Assembly (NCBI GenBank): GCA_965203905.1
Contig: CBDBDQ010000005.1
Location: forward strand, 4,000,001-4,064,000
Source: Spirochaetia bacterium
GTDB taxonomy: Bacteria > Spirochaetota > Spirochaetia > SZUA-6 > Bin103
DNA: 64,000 bases
Direction: 5' to 3'
Of this stretch, positions 19,810-28,536 are shown piece by piece (the stretch's first letter is position 1; each line of letters opens with the position of its first letter). Both the position numbers and the translations under genes were made by a program. A model generated the notes under the pieces. The model saw only the letters and a list, made by a program, of their open reading frames with translations. It was not told the origin of the DNA and ran no database searches.

Positions 19810-20165
19810 TCACTTGTTGATGGTGCTGTCCAGGTGTCGGACATGATCTGTTCTTACGGCGTGATCTACAGGATGATCGGGAGCAGGACGTAGTTCATCA
19901 CGGCGGGAACGTAGGAGGGGTCGCAAGTGAGCTTTGGGATGAATTACCGTATCGTCACCTTCAGGGTGGTGGCTGTGCTCGGAGGAGGCTGCCAGGAACA
20001 CATACAGTAGTCCGTTCCAGGATCTGAGGAAGGTGAGCACCGCCGAACTGACCACCACCCGAGTGTCAGAATGACAGCGCGACGACCGACGTACGCCGCA
20101 AGCGAGTAGATCAGGAGCGAAATGACGGTGGGGAACGAGGTTGCCGACTTGGAGCGGAGTCGCAC
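19810..20165 (-). pseudogene. fragments of carbohydrate ABC permease gene
   Basis: VISLLIYSLAAY and AVLTFLRSWNGLLY resemble MalG-type permease segments, broken across frames. Confidence 0.45.
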
Positions 20166-20255
20166 GAAGCCGAACCCCGTCGCGTAGCCCTTAGGCTCTT
20201 AACCAGCGCCTGTGCGGGCAGCTTAGGCGCCATCAGACATGTGCGCGATGCACGT

Positions 20256-20783
20256 CTAATACTGAAACGCCCCAAGCTGGCGATGCCGTTCGGCCAAAGC
20301 CCCACCGAGTAACCAGCAGACCGGGCGTTCTTCACAGATCGTCGGATTGACCCACACGACGCGCGTCAGTTCTTGGACGTCAGCAGAAGCGCAACGCAAT
20401 GCTGAGCGCGCTCCCTCATCTTGGGAAATGACAACAAAATCAGTGGCGATTGCAGCTTCCACAAGATGTACGTCTTTGGCAACTGAATCTCTCTCACTAG
20501 GAATCGCGGTGGCAAGGACTCTCTCCCTGAAGTGCCTGTCATATGCTGTTTCGCTTCGCCAAAATAACTTTCTAGCATGCATGCTCGTGCGCCACCTCCT
20601 AGAGTACTTGGTCTGATGACGACCCCATTCCGAAAGGATCTCATCTGTTAACACCACACAGTGATTGGCGTCAAGTATAGCCAACAACAGCCTCCGACAT
20701 GCGCTTGAAATACGATGCCGCTTCTCGGTGGCAGAACCCAGTACATCAGCATCAACTACCAATCTTCGACATAGTCGCGCCAT
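20256..20783 (-). CDS. PIN-like domain protein, partner of upstream ATPase
   Basis: RLVVDADV ... KDVHLVEAAIATDFVVISQD acidic PIN-like pattern; 1-nt overlap with ATPase stop. Confidence 0.6.
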   Translation of the reverse strand: MARLCRRLVVDADVLGSATEKRHRISSACRRLLLAILDANHCVVLTDEILSEWGRHQTKYSRRWRTSMHARKLFWRSETAYDRHFRERVLATAIPSERDSVAKDVHLVEAAIATDFVVISQDEGARSALRCASADVQELTRVVWVNPTICEERPVCWLLGGALAERHRQLGAFQY

Positions 20784-22159
20784 CAGTCCTCTCTATGTCC
20801 CTCCACGGCATCGAGGTAAGCGCCTTCAGCCATCAACTCGACTTCGGCAAAATCCTCCGGCCAAGTTCCGAATGCTCCATCTTGATCTAAGTCTGCGCTG
20901 TCGATCAGGGTCATTCCACTCTCGGGGCTACGCGAGAACCAGTGTAGCTTGACAATTTGTGGATCGAGTTCACCTGCGGCGATCAACGTTTGAACTTGCA
21001 GAAGTAACAGTGCGCTATGCGTCTCCATGATGAGCTTTACACCCCGTCTTGCTGTCTCAGAAATCATCTGTGCCAGTCTATGTTGAGCGCGCGGATGCAA
21101 ATGTAGTTCCGGCTGTTCGACATAGACTATCTGTCCTCTTTGGGCGACAAGCATCGCAATCAAGATTGGCAGTACCTGAGACACTCCAATGCCTACTTGG
21201 GAGATACTTACAAGATCTGAGTCTCTTCGGTCCGATAGGGCGGCACGGCCGACGAGTATCTCGATCTGTGTATCATTAAGTTGTTTGGCGTAGACGGCTT
21301 TGGTCAGTCCGAGATCGGAGAGCATTCTTGCGAGTTGGGTCAATCTTGTGTCGTTGGTATCATGCCAGTGGGCGATAGTTGTAGCGACATATTTTTCGAA
21401 GGTGCCTAAAAAAGGGGGGCCGGGCGACGTCCTGCTGTGGGCGGGATCATTGGTGCTACGTAGACCAGGGATGTGAATCATGCGGTGCAGTTCGCTAGAA
21501 ACGAGACGCGAAGGAGATAAAAAGAGAAGGCTGCCAATGTTCTCTCGTGAGTCTTCGAGCGGTTCCAGGATGATCGAAAGAAAGCAGCGATCTCGTGAGA
21601 CTGCCAACTCATAACCAGGAGGAATGTATGGTTTGTATTTGAAGTTAGGAAGAAAGTTCGATAGGTACTCTTCCAACTTATTACCTCGTTGGTCTGGTCT
21701 TAGATGGAGACATCCGTGGCCATCTTGGGCTGTAGTACGATCGATTATCATTTCTTTAATCCGAAGTAATTTATTCTTTGAGCGAGCGAACGTGACCTTG
21801 TTTCGTACGTTCATTGGATGCTCTATTTCAACGCTAAAGGATTGATCTTCGGGAACATTCCGCAGACGGGAAAAGACCTGATCGACCGATCGGAACTTCA
21901 CGTGGGGGCCATCAAAGGAGAGGGCGCCAGAGTCGTATCCTGCCTCAAGGGTCTGTTTCAATAGGAAAAGAGGCTGCATTATACTTGACTTGCCAGAGCT
22001 GTTGGCTCCCGCTAGTATTGTCAGGGGACGGATTTCAATCCGGCATTCGTCCGCGAGAGACTTGTAACCTCGTACTGAGATCGCAGTGATCCCGTTGTTT
22101 TGGTCGCGATCGACATCACCGGTGGACGTTTGTTGTGACATAGTAGGCTTCCTTTGCAA
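20783..22159 (-). CDS. ABC-class ATPase (AAA_15/AAA_21) with DUF3696-like C-terminus
   Basis: GANSSGKS, QVGIGVSQVLP, YVEQPELHLHP, METHS, C-terminal DQDGAFGTWPEDF. Confidence 0.88.
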   Translation of the reverse strand: MQRKPTMSQQTSTGDVDRDQNNGITAISVRGYKSLADECRIEIRPLTILAGANSSGKSSIMQPLFLLKQTLEAGYDSGALSFDGPHVKFRSVDQVFSRLRNVPEDQSFSVEIEHPMNVRNKVTFARSKNKLLRIKEMIIDRTTAQDGHGCLHLRPDQRGNKLEEYLSNFLPNFKYKPYIPPGYELAVSRDRCFLSIILEPLEDSRENIGSLLFLSPSRLVSSELHRMIHIPGLRSTNDPAHSRTSPGPPFLGTFEKYVATTIAHWHDTNDTRLTQLARMLSDLGLTKAVYAKQLNDTQIEILVGRAALSDRRDSDLVSISQVGIGVSQVLPILIAMLVAQRGQIVYVEQPELHLHPRAQHRLAQMISETARRGVKLIMETHSALLLLQVQTLIAAGELDPQIVKLHWFSRSPESGMTLIDSADLDQDGAFGTWPEDFAEVELMAEGAYLDAVEGHRED

Positions 22160-22705
22160 TCCAATACGTTTCTATGTGGACTCAAGGGACATCTCTATCG
22201 AGGCCCGTGAACAAAGCGATGCTTCGCGTAAGGAAGTCGGGTAAAGATGGCCTTCGACCTCCAAGTGCATAGCTTCTGGCACTTTCAGCATATCGTGTGA
22301 CGTGAACTTGGTCAAAGCGGCGTTCGGGATTAGACGATCGCGAACCGGTCTCCATGCTGACGATGTTGTATCCGATCCTGCTTAGGCTACCTGCGATGGG
22401 GTGGAGTGGGCGGCCGTTTACATAGGCGCGCACCCGCAAGGGCATAGATAGGAGATTACCAACGAGAGGTCGTTGCCTGCTGGTCCGGGGGCGTTGCACG
22501 TTGCACAGAGCACTATCACGAAGAAATCAACAGGTGGGAGGGAGACGTGCATACCCAATACGACGCTGTGACGCCGGAATGGTCGAAATCAAATACGGGT
22601 TTGCGCACCGCGGTGACCAGGCCGCTACTGGAGCGAGCCATAGGATGCTGCGATCAAGCCCGGCGTCGATGTGCGCCGCGAGGATGGCGGGCTTCGGCGG
22701 TGGGG

Positions 22706-23611
22706 TCAGCCGGCGCGGCGGCGGGCGGCCTCCTCCATCAGGCGCTGGCGGGTGCCGTCCCAGGACGAGTAGTCACCGAGGGTCTCCGAGTGGCGGCTGC
22801 GCACCACCAGGGGCGGCCGGCAACTGTGGTCGAGGGCGGCCTGCAGGGCTTGGTCGCCGATGCGCTCCTGCTCGCTCTGCTCGCGGTAGCCCGGCGTCTC
22901 GCGGAAGCGCACGTCGACGCTCCAGCGCACGTCGTCGCTGCGGTTCACCCTGCTGCCGTGGAAGGTGAGGTTGTGGAACGCCAGGAGGTCACCGCAGCGC
23001 ATCGGCTCGGGCACCGGCGTGCCGCGCTGCTCCACGTCTTCGAAGCTCACCATGTTGTGGTCGGCGCGGCGCGCGCCCGGCAGCAGGCCCCACTTGTGGC
23101 TGCCGGGGATGAGGCACAGGCAGCCGTTGCGTTCGTCCACGTCGACCAGCGGAATCCACACCGAGATCACCAGGATGTGACCGGTTTCCGGGCCGTAGTA
23201 CTGGCTGTCCTGGTGCAGGGGAAAGGCGGTGTGCGGGCTGCCGGGGAGCTTGGGACGCAGGTGATAGTCGCCGTTGAAGGAGATCTCCGCGCCCAGCAGC
23301 GGCTGCAGGGCATCGAGGATCGCCTCGTGCCGCACCAGCGCGTACAGTTCGGGCGAGAACAGGAACGTGTTCCACGAGCGCAGGCGCGACTCCGAGTCGC
23401 GGTAGAGCAGCGCCAGCCGCCGCTCGAAGGAGGCGTCGGCGTGGATCGACTCGATGTCGCCCTTCGCCTGCAGCTCGCGCGCGTGGGCGTCGACGTTGCG
23501 GCCGATGAGATCGCGGATTGGCTGCAGCACGGAGTCGGGCAGCGCGTCGCGTACCACGAAGTAGCCGTCGCGGTCGAATTGCTCGGTCGGGGTAGGGGAG
23601 GTTTCCTGCAT
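22706..23611 (-). CDS. PhyH family dioxygenase
   Basis: FDRDGYFVVRD, PLHQDSQY, SVWIPLVD, IPGSH, FHNLTFHGS, RWSVDVR. Confidence 0.9.
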   Translation of the reverse strand: MQETSPTPTEQFDRDGYFVVRDALPDSVLQPIRDLIGRNVDAHARELQAKGDIESIHADASFERRLALLYRDSESRLRSWNTFLFSPELYALVRHEAILDALQPLLGAEISFNGDYHLRPKLPGSPHTAFPLHQDSQYYGPETGHILVISVWIPLVDVDERNGCLCLIPGSHKWGLLPGARRADHNMVSFEDVEQRGTPVPEPMRCGDLLAFHNLTFHGSRVNRSDDVRWSVDVRFRETPGYREQSEQERIGDQALQAALDHSCRPPLVVRSRHSETLGDYSSWDGTRQRLMEEAARRRAG

Positions 23612-23633
23612 TGTCTCGTTCCTTTCGCTGCGC

Positions 23634-24848
23634 CTACTTCGCGGTGGGAACCCGCCCACCGCTGCGCTGCCGCGTGCGCTGGTATTGGGCCTGGGAATGG
23701 GCCCGTGCCGTCGCGATGTAGGCGCCGTTGTCGCGCGGGTGGTACCACCAGATGTCGCCCTCGGGGTAGAGGTACCAGTCGGAGCGGCTCACCAGGTAGC
23801 CGCGGATCTGCGCCCGCGGCGCGTCGTCGGTCACGTAGTTGACCACGTACAGGTCGCCGCTCGCCAGTTGCACCCAGCCGCTGTAGCCGGTGTCAGGGCA
23901 CACGGCGCGGTCGTTGTCCAGGAACGCGGTGCGCGCCTGGTGGAAGTCCTCGGCCCACTGGTCACGGTCCACCGGTCCGGTGCGCGCCGCCTCGGCCGGG
24001 GTCTCGACGTGCAGCGCCAGGCTGTGGGAGACGCCGGCCCCGTAGCGGTAGGTGATGGCGACCTCGCCGGAGCGCAGCCGCCCCGCCGACGGCCGTCCCA
24101 GACAGGCCTTCATCTGCGCCCGTATCGGCACCGACCAGTTGCGTCCCCCGTCGCTGGACAGGCTCTTCCAGCCCGACAGCGTCTCGGCATCCTCGCGCAT
24201 GTAGCACACCACGGTGCCGTCGTCCAACTCGACGAAGTCGCCCTCGTTCAGGCGCCAGGGCAGCCCGTTGGCGCTCGGAGTGGCGGGATCGGGCACCGCC
24301 GCCGGACCCTCCCAGGTGGCGCCGAGGTCGCGGGAGCGGTACACCAGTTGTTGCTCGCGCATGTCGGCGCGCTTGCCGGTGGGGAAGTGGATGCGCGTCA
24401 CCCCGAGCAGCAGGTCGCCGTCGGAGAGCTGCTTGAGCGACGGCACGATGCCCCAGGTGATGCCGGTCTCCTGCGGACCCTCCCAGGTGGCGCCGCCGTC
24501 ACTGCTGCGGAACAGCAGGATCATGCCCGGGTCCGGCTCCACTTCCGGCTTGTAGAGCAGGTCCACCGCCAGGTACAGGGTGCCGTCGGCGGCACACAGC
24601 AGGCGGGAACAGTTGAGCATGCCCTCGCCGGCGAGCTGCTGCTCCTCGGTGCGCTCCACCACCGTACGCTTCGGCTCCCAGGTACGCCCCTCGTCGTGGC
24701 TGCGGCGCACCACCACCCGCGAGAACGGCTGCGGGCCGTGGCGCAGGCTCTCGCGGTAGGTCACCACCAGGATACCGTCCGGGGTCTGGGCGATGTCGGC
24801 GAACGCCTCGTAGAGGTCGTCGTCGCGGGAGATGGTAATGCGTTCCAT
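23634..24848 (-). CDS. sialidase-like BNR repeat protein
   Basis: SHDEGRTW, SSDGGATW, SRDLGATW, SSDGGRNW; DTGYSGW. Confidence 0.8.
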   Translation of the reverse strand: MERITISRDDDLYEAFADIAQTPDGILVVTYRESLRHGPQPFSRVVVRRSHDEGRTWEPKRTVVERTEEQQLAGEGMLNCSRLLCAADGTLYLAVDLLYKPEVEPDPGMILLFRSSDGGATWEGPQETGITWGIVPSLKQLSDGDLLLGVTRIHFPTGKRADMREQQLVYRSRDLGATWEGPAAVPDPATPSANGLPWRLNEGDFVELDDGTVVCYMREDAETLSGWKSLSSDGGRNWSVPIRAQMKACLGRPSAGRLRSGEVAITYRYGAGVSHSLALHVETPAEAARTGPVDRDQWAEDFHQARTAFLDNDRAVCPDTGYSGWVQLASGDLYVVNYVTDDAPRAQIRGYLVSRSDWYLYPEGDIWWYHPRDNGAYIATARAHSQAQYQRTRQRSGGRVPTAK

Positions 24849-24905
24849 TGCAATTCAAGGTTACACTCAGAAAGCGAACCTGGCACCCCCGCGAAGGAGG
24901 CCCGG

Positions 24906-26012
24906 ATGCAAGCCACTATCGGCCGCACCATCATCATCTACAAGGCGCAACACGCCTACTCGTCGCACGCGTGCATTACACGCCTGCCGGACGGCGATTG
25001 GCTGGTCGCCTTCACCCAGAGCCTGCAGCGTATTCCCTACCAGCATCCGCCCGGCGATCCCCAGTTTCTCGACTTCGTTACCCGTTCCCAGGACCTGGGC
25101 GAGTCCTGGGATGCGCCGCGGGTGGCGCCCGGCTACGACTGGCACGGGGTGGAGGTGCCCGGCATCAGCGCCCTCTCCAGTGGCGAGGTGCTGCTCAACC
25201 AGTGGCGCTTCCTGTGGTACCCCCTGGAACAGGCGCAGGCCCTGGCGGCGAGCGGTGAACGGGAAATCTTCGTGCGCACGGAGCAGGGCTGGCGGCAGCC
25301 GCGCAGCGCCGCCGACTGGGAGCGCCACCCCCATCCCTACGCCCGCGCCGACGGCGGCGCCTGGGTGCACGTCAGCAGCGACGGCGGCCGCACCTGGGAG
25401 CACACCACCGAGGTGGCCATCGCCCCCTACCGGGGCGCGTTCAGCCCCAAGGGCGCGCTGGAGCTGGCCAACGGCGACCTGCTGCTGGCGCTCGGCAGCC
25501 ACGACCACTGCCCGCTGAAGGCGTGTTTCTACGTGCGTTCGCGCGACCGCGGGCGCAGTTGGGACCCGCCGGTGGAGGTGGCCCGTGAGCAGGGGCTGAT
25601 CCTGTGCGAGCCGTCGGCGGCGCAGACCGCTTCCGGCACCATCCTGGTGGCGTCGCGCGAGGAGGCCGGCGGCCACATCCACCTGAGCACGTCGCGCGAT
25701 GGCGGCGCCACCTGGGAGCCGCCGCGCCAGTTGCCGGTGTGGGGCTTTCCCTGCCACTGCGTGGCGCTCGGCGACGGCCGCGCCGTGATCGTCTACGGGC
25801 GGCGGCGCGCCCCGTTCGGGATCCGCGCCATCGTCAGCGCCGACGACGGGGCCACGTGGAGCGACGAGATCGTGATCCGCGGCGACCTGCCCAACCGCAA
25901 CCTCGGCTACCCCGCGGCGATCGAGTATGAACCGGGCAAGCTGTTCACCGCCTATTACGGCGAGGATCGCGACGGCGTCACCTGTATCCAGGGCACCTGG
26001 TTCGTGGTGTGA
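24906..26012 (+). CDS. sialidase-like BNR repeat protein
   Basis: SQDLGESW, SSDGGRTW, SRDRGRSW, SRDGGATW, SADDGATW; NLGYP. Confidence 0.8.
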   Translation: MQATIGRTIIIYKAQHAYSSHACITRLPDGDWLVAFTQSLQRIPYQHPPGDPQFLDFVTRSQDLGESWDAPRVAPGYDWHGVEVPGISALSSGEVLLNQWRFLWYPLEQAQALAASGEREIFVRTEQGWRQPRSAADWERHPHPYARADGGAWVHVSSDGGRTWEHTTEVAIAPYRGAFSPKGALELANGDLLLALGSHDHCPLKACFYVRSRDRGRSWDPPVEVAREQGLILCEPSAAQTASGTILVASREEAGGHIHLSTSRDGGATWEPPRQLPVWGFPCHCVALGDGRAVIVYGRRRAPFGIRAIVSADDGATWSDEIVIRGDLPNRNLGYPAAIEYEPGKLFTAYYGEDRDGVTCIQGTWFVV

Positions 26013-26052
26013 GCCGGCCGGTTGACTTACCGCGGGTTGGGGCGGGGAGCGC

Positions 26053-27228
26053 ATGATCGCCGGCGTCGTGGCGCGCTCCGACGCGGTGTACAAGGCGGTG
26101 CCCGACCTCACCCAGGCCGCCGACGGCACGCTGGTGTGCGTCTACCGCGAGAGCCTGTTCCACCTGTACCACCCGTTCTCGCGCCTCGTGCTCCACCGCA
26201 GCCGCGACGGCGGCCGCAACTGGGACACCGGCACCACGCTCCACGAGCTGGCCGACTACGAGCGCGACGGCGGCCTCAACAACCCGCGCGTGCGCGCCCT
26301 GGCCGGCGGCCACCTGCTGTTGATCTGCGACTGGCACCCGCCGTTGGTGTCGGAGTACTCGCCGGACAGCGAGATCTGGCTGTGGCGCTCGCGCGATGCC
26401 GGGGTCACGTGGGATGGCCCGGTGCGCACGCCCATTCGCCGCCACATCTGTCCCTCGCTGTACCAGCTCGCCGACGGCACCCTGCTGATGGGCGGCGATG
26501 CCTGGGACGGCAGCACCTGGTCGCACAACCTCTACCGCTCGCAGGACGGCGGCGTGACCTGGCAGGGGCCGACTACCGTGGCGGCGTCGCGGCGGCTGAA
26601 CGTTACCGAGGGCACCTACGTGGAGCTGGCCGACGGCACGTTGGTGTGTTACCTGCGCGAGGACGCCGAGCAGCTCCGGGCCTACAAGGCTCTGTCCAGC
26701 GACGGCGGCGCCACCTGGGAGGGTCCCTGTCCCACCGACCTGCTGAACTGCTCGGGCCGTCCCCACGCGGGGACGCTGCGCAGCGGCGAGGTGGTGATCA
26801 CCCACGGCTTCGGCAGGTCGCCGCGCCAGCTCGTGCTGCACGTGGAGAGCCCGCGCCACGCCGCCGCCCGCGACGCGGTGCGGCACGCGCGCCACGGCCA
26901 TCACGTCATGGCCGCCCCCTATCGCCGCCTGTTCATCGACATGGACCGCTCGATCCATCCCGACGGGGCCTACTCCTCGTGGGTGCAGCTCGCCGACGGC
27001 GACCTGTTCATCGTGCAGTACATCGTGGATGATGCCCCGATGGCGCACATCCGCAGTTACCGGGTGAGCCGCGACGACTGGATCCTGTATCCCGAGGGCG
27101 AGTTGCCGCGGATCGAAAAGGTGGACCCGCCGGCCAGCGAGATGCACCGCTACGACCGCAGCAGGAACGTCATCTACCACGACGCGGCGCTCGCGCTCAG
27201 CGAACGCCGATTCAAGGAGCAGCCATGA
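26053..27228 (+). CDS. sialidase-like BNR repeat protein
   Basis: SRDGGRNW, SRDAGVTW, SQDGGVTW, SSDGGATW; DGAYSSW; clear paralog of 23634-24848. Confidence 0.8.
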   Translation: MIAGVVARSDAVYKAVPDLTQAADGTLVCVYRESLFHLYHPFSRLVLHRSRDGGRNWDTGTTLHELADYERDGGLNNPRVRALAGGHLLLICDWHPPLVSEYSPDSEIWLWRSRDAGVTWDGPVRTPIRRHICPSLYQLADGTLLMGGDAWDGSTWSHNLYRSQDGGVTWQGPTTVAASRRLNVTEGTYVELADGTLVCYLREDAEQLRAYKALSSDGGATWEGPCPTDLLNCSGRPHAGTLRSGEVVITHGFGRSPRQLVLHVESPRHAAARDAVRHARHGHHVMAAPYRRLFIDMDRSIHPDGAYSSWVQLADGDLFIVQYIVDDAPMAHIRSYRVSRDDWILYPEGELPRIEKVDPPASEMHRYDRSRNVIYHDAALALSERRFKEQP

Positions 27229-28529
27229 GCACCGAGCTCGAGCATCTCGCGACCGTGGATCCGAGGACGCTGGATCGCGAGGAGATCTTCAGCCACCTGC
27301 CCCCCAACCGGGTGGGAGAGGCGGACCGCCGCTACATGGACGAGGTGCTCGCCGACGGCTTCGGCAACAAGGAGTCGGCCGACATGCCGGCCCGCTTCGA
27401 GCGCGCCTTCGCCGAACGCTTCGGCGTGCCCTACGCCATCTCCTGCAACTCCGGTTCCGGCACCATGCTGGCCTGCCTGCTGGCGGCCGGGGTGGGGCCG
27501 GGCGACGAGGTGATCGTGCCCACGGTAACCATGGCGGCGACCGCCTTCGTGGTGCTGCAGTGCGGGGCGGTGCCGGTATTCGCCGACTGCGATCCGGATA
27601 CCTTCACCATCGATCCCGCGGATGTGCGGCGCAAGGTCACCGAGTTCACCCGCGCCGTGATCCCGGTTACCGTGTTCGGCCTGCCGGCCGACTTCGACGC
27701 CATCGGCGCCATCGCCCGCGACCACGGCCTGGTGGTGATCGAGGACGACGCGCAGTGTTACCTGGCCTGGTACCGCGGGCGGCTGGTGGGCACCATCGGC
27801 GATGCCGCCAGCTTCAGCCTGCAGGGCTCCAAGCACATCACCAGCGGCGGCGACGGCGGCATGGTGATCACCGCCGACGAGGAGCTGGCCACCGGCGCCC
27901 GCAAGGCCGCGATCCAGGGCTACAGCGCGCTCGGCGCCAGCGCCGGCTCCACCATGATGCCGCGCGACATCCGCCAGGACTGGTCCTTCGAGCGCCACAC
28001 CCACATGGGCTACAACTTCCGCATGTCGGCGATGCAGTCGGCGCTCGGCCTGGCCCAGCTCGAACGGCTGGAATACCTGGTGGCGGCGCGGCGCATCATC
28101 GCCCACCAGTATCGGCAGGTGATCCGCGACGAAGGCTGCGAGTGGCTGATCCCGCCGCTGGTGCCCGAGGGCTCCACCCACAGCTACTGGTGCTTCACCT
28201 GCAAGCTGGAGGAGAAGCTGCTGGGCGTGGACTGGCGCAGCTTCCGCCGCACCTTCATCGAGCACGGCGGCGACGGCCTGTACGGGCTGTGGGTGCCGGT
28301 GCACCTGGAGCCGGTGTTCCGCAACCTGTCGTTCTACGGCGCCCCCGAGCGCGCGCCGCACCACGACCCGCGCTACCGCGGCGCGGTCAAGACGTACCGC
28401 GCCGGCGACTGCCCTACCGCCGAGCGGCTGCGCAGCACGCTGTGCCTGTTCAAGACCGGCAGCCAGACGCTTGCCAAGGTGGACGGCCAGCTCGAAGCGC
28501 TGCAGCGCACGATCCGCCACTATGGGTAA
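27225..28529 (+). CDS. DegT/DnrJ/EryC1/StrS aminotransferase
   Basis: GPGDEVIVP, VIEDDAQ, FSLQGSKHITSGGDGGM (PLP Lys), GYNFRM. Confidence 0.92.
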   Translation: MSTELEHLATVDPRTLDREEIFSHLPPNRVGEADRRYMDEVLADGFGNKESADMPARFERAFAERFGVPYAISCNSGSGTMLACLLAAGVGPGDEVIVPTVTMAATAFVVLQCGAVPVFADCDPDTFTIDPADVRRKVTEFTRAVIPVTVFGLPADFDAIGAIARDHGLVVIEDDAQCYLAWYRGRLVGTIGDAASFSLQGSKHITSGGDGGMVITADEELATGARKAAIQGYSALGASAGSTMMPRDIRQDWSFERHTHMGYNFRMSAMQSALGLAQLERLEYLVAARRIIAHQYRQVIRDEGCEWLIPPLVPEGSTHSYWCFTCKLEEKLLGVDWRSFRRTFIEHGGDGLYGLWVPVHLEPVFRNLSFYGAPERAPHHDPRYRGAVKTYRAGDCPTAERLRSTLCLFKTGSQTLAKVDGQLEALQRTIRHYG

Positions 28530-28536
28530 GGGAGCC

